DNA of 48,868 nucleotides from an uncultured Pseudomonadales bacterium (GTDB lineage Bacteria; Patescibacteriota; Microgenomatia; UBA1400; PJMF01), in the NCBI GenBank assembly GCA_964588685.1, contig CAZPQG010000001.1, positions 76,869 to 125,736 on the forward strand. The letters are read 5' to 3'. The notes below the pieces were generated by a model. That model made no database searches. It was given only the letters and a program-made list of their open reading frames with translations, and was not told the origin of the DNA. Below, one piece after another: positions 1-9,916 of this stretch; positions within the stretch are counted from its first letter, which is position 1; each line of letters begins with the position of its first letter. The translations under genes were made by a program, and so were the position numbers.

Positions 1-159
1 TTTAGATTTAATTTTTTTAATTTTCTGCCAACTCTGATCAGTTGAACCATCATCTACCACTATTATTTCGCCGGCAATCTTAGCTGCGGTCAATTTTTGT
101 AAAATTCTGGCCACAGTAGCCTGTTCATTATAAACCGGGACAATAACTGAAAGGTTCAT
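1..159 (-). CDS. Glycosyltransferase family 2 (GT-A), N-terminal fragment; the gene runs off the left edge
   Basis: The reverse complement of 1-159 reads MNLSVIVPVYNEQATVARILQKLTAAKIAGEIIVVDDGSTDQSWQKIKKIKSK with no stop. VPxYNE...DDGSTD is the GT2 signature. It is not in the supplied ORF track because it is partial. Confidence 0.6.
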   Translation of the reverse strand, partial: MNLSVIVPVYNEQATVARILQKLTAAKIAGEIIVVDDGSTDQSWQKIKKIKSK

Positions 160-207
160 ATAAGTTATTCTATAATAACCAATATATTTTGCCCGAGATT
201 AAAGCAA

Positions 208-229
208 AGGGATTCCTGACGGAACCCCT
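208..229 (-). terminator. Probable intrinsic terminator downstream of dnaK
   Basis: Hairpin AGGGATTCC-TGAC-GGAACCCCT. On the minus strand it is followed by TTTGCTTTAAT, about 50 nt after the dnaK stop. Confidence 0.5.
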
Positions 230-279
230 CGCTTCAAATTTGCTTTTTAAAGCAACCTCTCAGTTGAACTAAAGCCTAA

Positions 280-2202
280 TTAATTAACAACCTCGCCTTC
301 TTCCACATCTTCCCCAGAATCGTCATCTTGAGCTTCCTTAGCTGCTCCTGCTTGTTCATCTTTGGCGGCAGCCTCTTGCTCTTTTCTCATCGCTTCACTC
401 AACTTTTGACCAGCGGTTAAAGTTTGTTCTACCGCTTTCTCCAACTCTTCTTTAGCTGCCTCTTCTTTTTCAGCCAATTCTCTTAACTTTTCAATTGATT
501 CCTCCAAATTTTCTCTATCCTTTTCTTTTAGTTTATCGCCATAATCTTCAAGCTGTTTTTCCATCTCAAACGCAACACTGCTAGCCTGATTACGGGCCTC
601 AATTAATTCTCTTTTCTTTTTGTCTTCTTCAGCAAATTCTTCAGCCTCCTGCTTCATTTTTTCAACCTCTTCTTCATCCAAATTAGTCGTATTTTTAATC
701 GTAATAGATTGTTCCTTGCCGCTAGTCTTATCTTTAGCAGAAACATTCAAGATTCCATTAGAATCGATGTCAAAGCTGACTTCAATTTGCGGCACTCCTC
801 GAGGTGCAGGCGGAATTCCATCCAAGATAAAACGACCGAGTGACTTATTGTCTTTAGCCATCTCGCGTTCACCCTGTAAAACATTAATCTCAACCTGAGT
901 TTGATTATCAGCTGCAGTAGAAAATACTTTTGAAGCGCTGGTTGGAATAGTAGTATTGCGTTCGATCAAAGGAGTCCTCACCCCACCTAAAGTTTCAATC
1001 CCTAAAGTAAGCGGAGTCACATCAAGCAAAACTATATCTTCCACATCGCCGCTAATAACTCCTGCCTGAACTGCAGCCCCAATAGCTACCACTTCATCTG
1101 GATTAACGCCTTTATGAGGCTCTCTGCCGAAAAACTCCTCCACTTCTTCTTGAATTTTAGGCATTCTGGTTTGACCGCCCACTAAAATAACCTGATCAAC
1201 ATCACTTGCTTTTATATCCGCATCTTTAAGTGCTTGCTTAACCGGTCCAAAAGAACTTTCAATCAAATCATCAACCAACTCTTCAAGTTTTGCTCTAGTC
1301 AGCGTCATAGTTAAGTGCAGTGGATTGCCTTCTTTACTTTGAGTAATAAAAGGCTGATTGATATCTGTTCGCTGAGCAGTTGATAATTCAATCTTAGCCT
1401 TTTCAGCCACATCTTTAATTCTCTGCATGGCTTGTTTGTCAGCTGACAAATCAACTCCGTGCTCTTTTTTAAACTCTTCAACAATCCAATCCATTACCTT
1501 TTGATCAAAATCATTTCCGCCTAAAAAGGTATCTCCATTAGTAGATTTCACCTCAAACACACCATCACCAATTTCTAAAATAGAGATATCAAATGTGCCT
1601 CCGCCTAAATCATAAACTGCAATTGTTTCATCCTCTTTTTTGTCTAAACCATAAGCTAAAGAAGCTGCCGTAGGCTCATTAACGATTCTCTCTACAGTAA
1701 AGCCGGCAATTTCTCCTGCCTGCTTTGTTGCTTGGCGCTGAGAATCATTAAAGTAAGCCGGTACAGTAATAACTGCTCTCTTCACCTTGCTGCCTAAATA
1801 GCTTTCAGCATCCCGTTTAGCTTTACGCAGTACCTGAGCTGAAATCTCTTGCGGAGTATAGGTTTCATCATCTACTTTAATTACAGCCATCTTATCTTTT
1901 CCTTCTGTGATCTCGTAAGTTACATGCTCTATTGCTTTTTCAACTACTTCATCACTAAACCTGCGGCCGATAAATCTTTTTACTGATTCAATAGTAGTTT
2001 TTGGATTAAGAACCATTTGTCTTTTGGCCGGGTCGCCAACTAAAGTTTCATCGTCTTTAAATGCGACGATTGAAGGAAACGTGTTGCGGCCTTCAGCAGT
2101 CGGGATAATTTTAGGGGAACCACCTTCCATCACCGCTACTGCAGAATTAGTAGTTCCAAGATCAATGCCGATAATTTTACCTTCTGTTTTTGTTTTTGCC
2201 AT
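280..2202 (-). CDS. dnaK: Molecular chaperone DnaK (Hsp70)
   Basis: 640 aa. Contains [18 protein letters not shown] and [11 protein letters not shown] Hsp70 signatures, plus an acidic C-terminal tail. Confidence 0.97.
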   Translation of the reverse strand: MAKTKTEGKIIGIDLGTTNSAVAVMEGGSPKIIPTAEGRNTFPSIVAFKDDETLVGDPAKRQMVLNPKTTIESVKRFIGRRFSDEVVEKAIEHVTYEITEGKDKMAVIKVDDETYTPQEISAQVLRKAKRDAESYLGSKVKRAVITVPAYFNDSQRQATKQAGEIAGFTVERIVNEPTAASLAYGLDKKEDETIAVYDLGGGTFDISILEIGDGVFEVKSTNGDTFLGGNDFDQKVMDWIVEEFKKEHGVDLSADKQAMQRIKDVAEKAKIELSTAQRTDINQPFITQSKEGNPLHLTMTLTRAKLEELVDDLIESSFGPVKQALKDADIKASDVDQVILVGGQTRMPKIQEEVEEFFGREPHKGVNPDEVVAIGAAVQAGVISGDVEDIVLLDVTPLTLGIETLGGVRTPLIERNTTIPTSASKVFSTAADNQTQVEINVLQGEREMAKDNKSLGRFILDGIPPAPRGVPQIEVSFDIDSNGILNVSAKDKTSGKEQSITIKNTTNLDEEEVEKMKQEAEEFAEEDKKKRELIEARNQASSVAFEMEKQLEDYGDKLKEKDRENLEESIEKLRELAEKEEAAKEELEKAVEQTLTAGQKLSEAMRKEQEAAAKDEQAGAAKEAQDDDSGEDVEEGEVVN

Positions 2203-2327
2203 AATTATTCCTTTATATTTATTTTAATTAATTACTTAACTGTTAATATACTTTTTGGATTAAATTTGAATTAAATCTTAATGAACAAACAAACGCATAT
2301 TGTATTAAATAACTCTTCATTATCAAA

Positions 2328-2801
2328 CTATTCTTCATCATCTTTTCCCAGCACTACTTTTGCATGCTGAATTACATCTTCTTTTAATCGATAGCCTTTT
2401 CTCAATACTTCAGTGACCTGATCACCTTCACCTTTCTTGTTTGCAGCCTCCATGGTTTCTAGATTAAATTTTTTTCCTAAAGCTTTAATTTCTTCTAAGC
2501 CAGCTTGCTGCAAGATTTGTTTAAAATCTTTCAAAGTTATAGTGAAAGCTTTATCTTCTATTTGAATTGATAATTTTTCTAAATTTTCCAAAATTGGTAG
2601 TAAAGATTTAATCAGATCTTTATTAGCAAAACGAACTATTTGACTACGCTCCTGTTGAGTTCGTCTTTGTAAATTTTGATAATCTGCCAAAGACCTTTTT
2701 TCTCTTTCTCTAGCTTCCTCCAACTGATTTTTTAGAGTTTGCAGTTCATTTTCTATCAGCGTTTCTTTTTGTTTATCTTCCTTAGTTTTTTTTTGACTCA
2801 T
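2328..2801 (-). CDS. grpE: Nucleotide exchange factor GrpE
   Basis: 157 aa. Coiled-coil N-terminus (ADYQNLQRR) and GrpE-like C-terminus. Lies between hrcA and dnaK. Confidence 0.85.
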   Translation of the reverse strand: MSQKKTKEDKQKETLIENELQTLKNQLEEAREREKRSLADYQNLQRRTQQERSQIVRFANKDLIKSLLPILENLEKLSIQIEDKAFTITLKDFKQILQQAGLEEIKALGKKFNLETMEAANKKGEGDQVTEVLRKGYRLKEDVIQHAKVVLGKDDEE

Positions 2802-2814
2802 AATTAGAAACTTT

Positions 2815-3534
2815 CTAAACTATTTCTTCAATTAAACTTTTAAAATACTTCATGACAGGCACTATATAAGAATAGTTGAATCTTCTAGACCCTAAAACTC
2901 CCAACCGACATTGATGACCCATCGCATTAACAGAAACAAACATTAAGCCCACAGACTCCAACTCTTTTTCACCCAACTCTTTACCATAAACAATCTGAAC
3001 TTTATCATAAGTTTGTGCTCTGGAAAAAATCTCATTTAACAACCGAGCTTGTTCAATAATTGATAAAGTTCTTTTCATGACTTTAATATCATAAAACTCC
3101 GGCATCTCGAGCAAATTAGCATAACCCGCATGATAAATATTGCTTTCATTAGACATCGCAAGACCAATGGCGTGAGCTCGATTGGCTAAAGCCTGACAAC
3201 TCTGCTGCAGCAGCTGCCCCAGCTGATCGCGGCTGCTCCATATTTTTTCTTTAGCACTAACTTCATCAGCCACAGACAATTCTTCTTCTCTCATCAATTC
3301 GTTAACATATAGCCTGAAAGCTTTGGCTGTCGGAATACGACCCCCGCTGAAATGAGGTTTGTATAAATAGCTTTTTTTATTTAACTCAACCATCTCATTG
3401 CGAATAGTAGCCGGAGATACTCCAATATTATATTTTTTATCAATTGTTTCCGAACCAACCGGATCAGCTGTTTCAATAAATTCTTCAATAATAGCTCTCA
3501 AAATTTGAATTTGCCGCGGGCTGAGATTAATCAT
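2815..3534 (-). CDS. hrcA: Heat-inducible transcription repressor HrcA (short form)
   Basis: 239 aa. The N-terminal winged helix LSPRQIQILRAIIEEFIETADPVGSETI...SPATIRNEM is typical of HrcA. It is the first gene of hrcA-grpE-dnaK, with a CIRCE-like operator upstream. Confidence 0.85.
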   Translation of the reverse strand: MINLSPRQIQILRAIIEEFIETADPVGSETIDKKYNIGVSPATIRNEMVELNKKSYLYKPHFSGGRIPTAKAFRLYVNELMREEELSVADEVSAKEKIWSSRDQLGQLLQQSCQALANRAHAIGLAMSNESNIYHAGYANLLEMPEFYDIKVMKRTLSIIEQARLLNEIFSRAQTYDKVQIVYGKELGEKELESVGLMFVSVNAMGHQCRLGVLGSRRFNYSYIVPVMKYFKSLIEEIV

Positions 3535-3631
3535 CTTTTAAGATACTACAATTTATAATTTACAAATATTGCAAATATCAATATATTTACGAATATTTTT
3601 ACTGACGAATATTAAAATATCCAATCGTCTA

Positions 3632-3658
3632 TTAGCAATGATAATAACTGTCTGCTAA
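3632..3658 (-). promoter_or_regulatory. CIRCE-like HrcA operator (short arms)
   Basis: TTAGCAATG-N9-GTCTGCTAA versus canonical TTAGCACTC-N9-GAGTGCTAA. The outer TTAGCA/TGCTAA arms are conserved. It lies about 100 nt upstream of hrcA. Confidence 0.65.
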
Positions 3659-3666
3659 ATTGTCAA
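3638..3666 (-). promoter_or_regulatory. Sigma-70-type promoter of the hrcA operon
   Basis: The minus strand reads TTGACA-N17-TATCAT. The perfect -35 abuts the CIRCE-like element and the -10 lies inside it. Confidence 0.6.
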
Positions 3667-3895
3667 GAATTGTTCAGTAAATTTTTAGGGAGTGGAAGTT
3701 AAAAAGCAAAAAAACAGTTTGATTTGAGCAGTGTTAAATTAATAGCTTGCTGGATTTACCAGACAAAATTAGTTCTATTTTTCCAAAAACGAGCCAATTG
3801 CAGCAATTAGCATAACAATATAATTATATAGCGGGCAACTGGAACAGAAGGCAATAACAAGGGAAAGACTAATAAAATTAAATTAATAATTAAAA

Positions 3896-4570
3896 TTAAA
3901 GCAACAACAACCCTACTCCGATCATAGCCAATCCAGAAACAAGCCATTTTAGCCAATTCATTGGTCCGGCTACAGCCAACTCATCCGGCATCACCGGTTG
4001 ATCTCCTTTAGTAGTGGCTTCAGTAGTAGCAGTTGGTGACTCTGTTTCACTTTCCACAGTGTAGCTACCGGAAACGTTTTGAGCACATTGCTCATCAGTT
4101 GCTAATAAATTGGTGCCGTTTATGTTCATTATATTTGAATCATCTGTTTCGGTAGTGTTGCAGCGAAAATCCAATTCAAAAGTGCCGGAGGTAATTTTGG
4201 GCTCAAGAATCATAGTAGCCATTTTTCCGCTGCCCGTCACTCCATCTGTATTTTCTAAATTTAAAGTACCGGTAATAACCAGCTCTCCACTGGTTGTTGC
4301 GTCAACATCAATATTGTCAAAAAAATCATTAGCAGAAATACTAATAATGTTGATATGATTAGGATTATAAGTCGCAATCGCTACTGCTGACTCCACTGCT
4401 TCACCTTCGGTATCAATTCCAACTTCAACTTCGAGCTGATCAAACACCTCACCCCCGGAAGGGCCAAAGAAAAAACGCGCTGCTGATGCGCTTTGAGCAA
4501 AAACGTGAGCACTGAGAGTAAATAATGAAAAGAAAATAATTATTATGGGCAGTTTAAGGTTTATTTTCAT
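3896..4570 (-). CDS. Secreted, C-terminally membrane-anchored surface protein with a cohesin-like beta-sandwich domain
   Basis: Signal peptide MKINLKLPIIIIFFSLFTLSAHVFAQSA. The core resembles cohesin-type domains (LEVEVGIDTEGE...ELVITGTLNLEN...ATMILEPK). There is a Thr/Glu linker and a terminal hydrophobic helix WLVSGLAMIGVGLLLL. Confidence 0.4.
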   Translation of the reverse strand: MKINLKLPIIIIFFSLFTLSAHVFAQSASAARFFFGPSGGEVFDQLEVEVGIDTEGEAVESAVAIATYNPNHINIISISANDFFDNIDVDATTSGELVITGTLNLENTDGVTGSGKMATMILEPKITSGTFELDFRCNTTETDDSNIMNINGTNLLATDEQCAQNVSGSYTVESETESPTATTEATTKGDQPVMPDELAVAGPMNWLKWLVSGLAMIGVGLLLL

Positions 4571-4896
4571 GGGCTGTTTATTTAATAAATTAACTATTTA
4601 CTATTATTCATTAACGAATTTGATTATAGCATAAGCCTTGCAGCTCGCATTTAGCCAAATTCATTAAGATATATTTACTATAACTGAAGTTATTAAAAAT
4701 TAAAAACAATTCTGTAAAGTACTAAATAATTTCTATAATATCTAAAAAATATTTTAACAAAAATATAAAAATCAGCTTTAGCCTTGATTGTATTTCAAAC
4801 TTAAGCTTTTTTATGGTAAAATTACAGTTATTACTCAAGAGATTAAAGCAAAACATTTAATATTAACCTTATAGAGACATATTAAAAGTTGACTTA

Positions 4897-6060
4897 TTGT
4901 TAAAAATTAAAATGATGATACCGGAAAAAGAAAATCCAGAGCTAACTGGGGGAAGCAGCGCAGGAACAGAACATGAATCTGCTAAACACGAATTTACTGA
5001 AGAAACAATTCCTCAAAAAGAAGGAAAAATCCCTGTTATTTCTACTGCCGGTTGGTTATTCAATCCGGAAGAGTTATTTAAAATTTTAAACGAATTAAAT
5101 GAAGAAAGAAAAGAACAGGGAAAAAAACTAATAAAGGTGGAATTATATCCCACCTTTAGGAAATTTGATAAATTTTTTGAAAAATTAATTGAGTTTATTC
5201 CCGAATTAGAAAACTGGATTCCTCCGATTGTAAATGCGGACTATGTTGAGGAACTTAAAAAAGAATATCCCAATGTTCCAATTAGCGGTGTTCATCTTGA
5301 ATTCAACTTTAATCCATGGGAAGAAATTTACCGCACTACGTTTGGTGAAGAATTTTTCCCGAAAGTACCGGGTATGAAGCCTTCTGATCGAATAAAGATG
5401 GCTCTCAAACAAAGGGCTTTCCAGGGAGCGTGGATGGGACTGATGGGTCCGGCTAGAAAAGAAAGGGGTGTTAAGCTGGCACAAGAACTTCATAAACAAT
5501 CCGAAGAAGAAGAAGAAGAAGAAGAAGAGGGTGTCGCTATTACTGCTCACGCAAATGTTATAGTTGGTTTTGGAGTTGATAAAATTAGAGAAATTAAAGA
5601 AACAATTGCAGCTGTTTTTGTGGAAGATGAAAGACCTTATAGATCGCCTGTGATGAAGAAGTTGCAGAAAAAATTAGAGTCTCAAGGGATAGAAGCGTCA
5701 TTAAAAGACCTCGTATCGAACCTTGAATGCCTTAAACTGATTGTTGAAGAATATGAGTTAGATGGGCTTGTATTTGCTGCTGACCATCCGTCAGCAGAAG
5801 AAGAAGGCTTAATTAAGATGTATAACTCTGTTGAAAAAATGGTAAAAATGCTGCACGTTGCAGGAACAGAGGCAGATAAAGTTCATACTACAACCCTTGG
5901 TGAAGAAATCGATGAACTTTTAGAAAAAATACAAAAACCGATTAAAGTAGTTTACGATGTCAGTCCTCTGGAAATGAAGGGGAAGTCATATGAAGAACAA
6001 AAAAATTATGTTAGAAAATTTGCTGCACAAGTTGATGGAGATTATGATGAAAACGAGTAG
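4897..6060 (+). CDS. Hypothetical acidic protein with an E9 tract; no family recognised
   Basis: Long ORF with coding-like composition. The track start is TTG at 4897, and ATG ATG at 4912 is the more likely start. It is flanked by long AT-rich spacers. Confidence 0.5.
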   Translation: MLKIKMMIPEKENPELTGGSSAGTEHESAKHEFTEETIPQKEGKIPVISTAGWLFNPEELFKILNELNEERKEQGKKLIKVELYPTFRKFDKFFEKLIEFIPELENWIPPIVNADYVEELKKEYPNVPISGVHLEFNFNPWEEIYRTTFGEEFFPKVPGMKPSDRIKMALKQRAFQGAWMGLMGPARKERGVKLAQELHKQSEEEEEEEEEGVAITAHANVIVGFGVDKIREIKETIAAVFVEDERPYRSPVMKKLQKKLESQGIEASLKDLVSNLECLKLIVEEYELDGLVFAADHPSAEEEGLIKMYNSVEKMVKMLHVAGTEADKVHTTTLGEEIDELLEKIQKPIKVVYDVSPLEMKGKSYEEQKNYVRKFAAQVDGDYDENE

Positions 6061-6294
6061 AAAACTGTATAAATTGTAATAAGCAGCAACAAGCCGCTTC
6101 GCACTTTATTTACAATAACTACATTTATTGTAACTGCCGGCTGCAATAACTCTCCTTTTAACCAGTCTGATGAAATTTATTTTTCTACACTGCTTTTCTG
6201 CATTGCAGCAGCCTTTTTAATTCCCTTTAGCTTTAAAATTTGCTAAGATGAAGTGAGGTTTAATTTTTAAATCTAACATGAATTAGCAACCTAG

Positions 6295-7710
6295 ATGAAT
6301 TTCAAAACTAATCGTAAAAGAAAATCAATAGTTGGAGGATTTTTCTTTATTATTTTCAGTGTCTTCTTGATTGCCAGTGCTGCCCAACTTGATTCAATTC
6401 AACAAATTTTTTCCGAAGCCTTAGGCAAGCCCGCTAATATAGTCATTGATACCCAAGCCGTAATCAGTCCGCTCAATCGCTCATGGCTTAATTTAGCACA
6501 AGGCGGAGAAAGCCATGACTGGCGCCTTAATCCTATCATGCAAAAAGTACAAGCTTTAAATCCTGAATACATCCGCCTGGATCATATTTACACTTTTTAT
6601 GATATCGTGCAGGGATCTCCTCAAAATTTAACTTTCAATTTTTCTCAATTAGATGTAATGTTGGATGACATTTTAGCTGCCGGCGCTAAACCTTATATTG
6701 TTTTAAGTTATATGCCTCCCGCGATTTCCAAAGGTGATATTGTTGACGCTCCTCATGACTGGACAGATTGGCAAACCGTAGTCCAAAAAACTATTGAGCA
6801 TATTTCCGGGATTCGCGGTATTGATGAAGTCTATTATGAAGTCTGGAATGAACCTGATTTATTTGGAGGCTGGAAAACATACGGCCATAAAAACTACTTA
6901 ACTATGTATTCCTATGCCGCTTTTGGAGCGCATCAAGCTCAAAATCAACCATATGTAAAAGATTTTTACCTGGGAGGTCCGGCCACTACTGCTCTTTACC
7001 GTGATTGGTTTCACGCTTTGGCCCGCCATGCAATTAATAATAATTTAAAGTATGATTTTTTCTCATGGCATCGCTACGATCATTCATTAAGTGTTTTTGA
7101 AAAAGACTTAACCCAGATTCGAAGCTGGCTGGCCCGCTACCCTCAACTTTCCAGAGAATTAAAATTACACGTTACAGAGTGGGGGCCTGACAGCAGCAAC
7201 CACGCGGCATATGACAATAATTACGGGGCAGCTCATGCAATCGCCGGCGCTATTACTTTAAACCAGTTGGCCGACCGCGTTTTTATCTTTGAAATCCAAG
7301 ATGGTAAAGATCCCAACCATCAAGCTTACTGGGGCCGGTGGGGGCTGCTCACTCACCAAGACTTTGAATCTCAACCCAAACCGCGCTACCATGCTTTACA
7401 GCTGCTTGACAAAATTGGCGAGCAGCGTTTATTTATTACCGGTCAAGGCAGCTGGGTTAAAGCCTTAGCAGCCCGCAATAATCACGGCAATGTTGATTTT
7501 GTGATGGCAAATGCAGATATATATCACCAACGCACAGAATTTGTACCTGTGACCTTTAATAACATAATACCAGGAGAATATCTATTAACTTTAGAATTTC
7601 TGGACGGCCGACAATTAAATTTTTCTCTAAGCACTAGTGACAACAGACTGAGAACTGAAGTTGAAATGCAGCCTAACAGCGTGGTGTATGGAGAATTAAT
7701 CAGCCAATAA
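6295..7710 (+). CDS. Clan GH-A glycoside hydrolase (GH39-like), N-terminally membrane-anchored
   Basis: Contains YYEVWNEPD (acid/base Glu motif) and HVTEWG (nucleophile Glu motif) at typical (beta/alpha)8 spacing, with an N-terminal TM helix. Confidence 0.6.
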   Translation: MNFKTNRKRKSIVGGFFFIIFSVFLIASAAQLDSIQQIFSEALGKPANIVIDTQAVISPLNRSWLNLAQGGESHDWRLNPIMQKVQALNPEYIRLDHIYTFYDIVQGSPQNLTFNFSQLDVMLDDILAAGAKPYIVLSYMPPAISKGDIVDAPHDWTDWQTVVQKTIEHISGIRGIDEVYYEVWNEPDLFGGWKTYGHKNYLTMYSYAAFGAHQAQNQPYVKDFYLGGPATTALYRDWFHALARHAINNNLKYDFFSWHRYDHSLSVFEKDLTQIRSWLARYPQLSRELKLHVTEWGPDSSNHAAYDNNYGAAHAIAGAITLNQLADRVFIFEIQDGKDPNHQAYWGRWGLLTHQDFESQPKPRYHALQLLDKIGEQRLFITGQGSWVKALAARNNHGNVDFVMANADIYHQRTEFVPVTFNNIIPGEYLLTLEFLDGRQLNFSLSTSDNRLRTEVEMQPNSVVYGELISQ

Positions 7711-7731
7711 ATTTAATCTTCATATAAATTA

Positions 7732-8868
7732 TTATCTTTTTACAACCCTCTCAATTAACTGTCTGAGTTGTTTTTTGAAATTTTCTTTTGAATATTGGCG
7801 AGCATTTTCTTGAATTTTTTTAGCAGAAAATGTTTGCTTAGGCAGCTGCTCGAATTGTTTAATAGCTTGCCGTAATCCCTGAACACTTAAGTCATCAAAT
7901 AATAAGCCATTCATTTGATTCATAACAGTATATTGTGGTCCGCCAGAACGATGAGCAATAACCGGTGTCCCGGCTAACATAGCTTCGATAGGCACCATAC
8001 CAAAATCCTCATCTTCTACCGGGTAGAGTAAAGCCCTAGCACCGGCATATAGTTCAGCTAGTTCTTGATCAGTCACTGCTCCTAAAAACTGCACTGATTC
8101 ACCGGCTATTTTTTTTAATTTCGGTAACATTTGACCGGTGCCTGCCACCAACAGTTTTCGCTTTAAGTTAGTGCAGACTTGTACTGCTAACTCCGGATGT
8201 TTCTGCAAACCTAAACGGCCTACATAAAAATAATAATCTTGAGCCGAATTTTGTTTAATCTGCAGCAGCTCACGAGCCGGCAAAAGTAAACTCACCGGTG
8301 GATGAATAATGACTGCTTCTTTTTTATAAAATTTTTTAATTCTTTGCTGAGTTTCCTTTGAATTAGCAATAAATTGATCAACTGCTTGTGCCTGCTTAAA
8401 ATCAATCACCCTCATATAATGATTAATTAATTGACCACACCAGTGAATTAGCGGCTTTTTTTTCCATGCAGACATAGTGGAGTAACCATATAAAGCTCGC
8501 GGAGGAGTATGACAGTAGCATAAATGCAAACCATTTTTAGGCTTAACAGCTTTGGCCGCAAAAGCATTGGATGAAGAGATTACTAAATCAAATTTATCTA
8601 ACTTTAAAGAAGCAAAAGCCTTAGGAGCCAAAAACCGCAAAGGAGAATAGAGTTTTTTATGCAAAGGAATTTTAGCAAACCAGGTTTGTTTAATATCCCA
8701 ATCTTGAAATTTATGCCAATGAGAATCAAGAGCTTTTTTATCAACAAAAGATACATAAACCGGAGCAGAAGGAAAAATTTCATGCAGTGTTTCTAAAACT
8801 CGCTCTGCTCCTCCATATTCTCGAAGAAAATCATGAACCAAAGCCACCTTTCTTAATTGTTGCTGCAT
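7732..8868 (-). CDS. Glycosyltransferase family 4 (GT-B)
   Basis: 378 aa. The C-terminal EDFGMVPIEAMLAGTPVIA motif (E-x7-E) and the overall layout are GT4-like. Confidence 0.8.
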   Translation of the reverse strand: MQQQLRKVALVHDFLREYGGAERVLETLHEIFPSAPVYVSFVDKKALDSHWHKFQDWDIKQTWFAKIPLHKKLYSPLRFLAPKAFASLKLDKFDLVISSSNAFAAKAVKPKNGLHLCYCHTPPRALYGYSTMSAWKKKPLIHWCGQLINHYMRVIDFKQAQAVDQFIANSKETQQRIKKFYKKEAVIIHPPVSLLLPARELLQIKQNSAQDYYFYVGRLGLQKHPELAVQVCTNLKRKLLVAGTGQMLPKLKKIAGESVQFLGAVTDQELAELYAGARALLYPVEDEDFGMVPIEAMLAGTPVIAHRSGGPQYTVMNQMNGLLFDDLSVQGLRQAIKQFEQLPKQTFSAKKIQENARQYSKENFKKQLRQLIERVVKR

Positions 8869-8935
8869 AAAGATAAATTTAAAAAATAAAAAAACTTTAG
8901 ATTCTTGTATAGTAAATTTGTTCTTTAAAAAAGTT

Positions 8936-9895
8936 TTAAAACAATGCCTCTTGAATATCTAGCTCAAATTGATCATTAGGTAAAAAAGGGGTTAAAGAAT
9001 TAAAATCTAACTCCTGGAATAATGCAACGACCTCAGCTTTATCATAACTATTAACTTGACATTGAGGTAAATCAATTTGCAGCTCAACATTTTGCTCAAT
9101 CTGAGCTAATTTTTTACTCATATAAGCATTTTCTTTTTCTTGCTGCAGTTTTTTTAACAAGCCGCCTTTTAACAGCCCGCCCTCTTTTTTTTCGCCGGAC
9201 TCAATTAAAGCTACTTCCTGATAAATTTTATCCAAATTGCCAAACTCATCTAACAGCCGCACAGCTGTTTTAGGCCCAATCCCTTTTATACCGGGAATAT
9301 TATCTGACGGATCACCCATCAAAGCCTTCATGTCTACCACTTGGCTTGGTTTAACACCCAAATCTTTTTCAACCGCTGCAGCATCATATTCTCGATCTTG
9401 TTTTTTACCTCTGCCAGGGAGCCAAACATGAGTATTGTCATCCACTAACTGTAATAAATCTTTATCACCAGTGACGATAACAGACAATATATCTTCATCT
9501 GCTTTTAATTTTTGCGGACAATGGTCAAGAAAATAACTAACAGTGCCAATTAAATCATCAGCTTCATAACCTTCTTGCTCAAACTGAGGAATATTGAGAG
9601 CTGCTACTACTTTTTTAATCACCGGTATTTGTGGCTGCAGTTCGTCCGGCATTTCCGGCCGCTGAGCTTTGTAGTCTTCAAATTCTTTATGGCGAAAGGT
9701 GGGCTTGCGATGATCAAAAGTAACCGCTAAATATTTAGGACGAAATTCACTGATTGCAGTTAAGAGTATACGAGTGAAACCATAAACGGCATTGATGACT
9801 CTTCCTTGAGGGTCGGTTAGTTTGGGCAAGGCATAAAAAGCACGGTAGATAAGAGCATGACCGTCAACAATAAGAAAAATTGGCCGGTCAGACAT
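8936..9895 (-). CDS. Stand-alone 5'-3' exonuclease (Pol I N-terminal/FEN domain only)
   Basis: 319 aa. Contains FLIVDGHALIYRAFYA, TGDKDLLQLV and DNIPGIKGIGPKTA (H3TH). No polymerase domain follows. Confidence 0.85.
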   Translation of the reverse strand: MSDRPIFLIVDGHALIYRAFYALPKLTDPQGRVINAVYGFTRILLTAISEFRPKYLAVTFDHRKPTFRHKEFEDYKAQRPEMPDELQPQIPVIKKVVAALNIPQFEQEGYEADDLIGTVSYFLDHCPQKLKADEDILSVIVTGDKDLLQLVDDNTHVWLPGRGKKQDREYDAAAVEKDLGVKPSQVVDMKALMGDPSDNIPGIKGIGPKTAVRLLDEFGNLDKIYQEVALIESGEKKEGGLLKGGLLKKLQQEKENAYMSKKLAQIEQNVELQIDLPQCQVNSYDKAEVVALFQELDFNSLTPFLPNDQFELDIQEALF

Positions 9896-9916
9896 AACAA
9901 GACCTTTAATAAATAA

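Noticed and set aside
620-898. 92-aa ORF antisense to dnaK (likewise 2024-2227)
   Set aside because: It is fully embedded antisense in a highly conserved Hsp70 gene. The Ser/Leu-rich translation is typical of antisense frames, and no start context supports it.
5206-5550. 114-aa antisense ORF with a poly-Phe run
   Set aside because: The poly-Phe is the antisense reading of the (GAA)8 tract in the 4897-6060 gene, so this is a shadow ORF.
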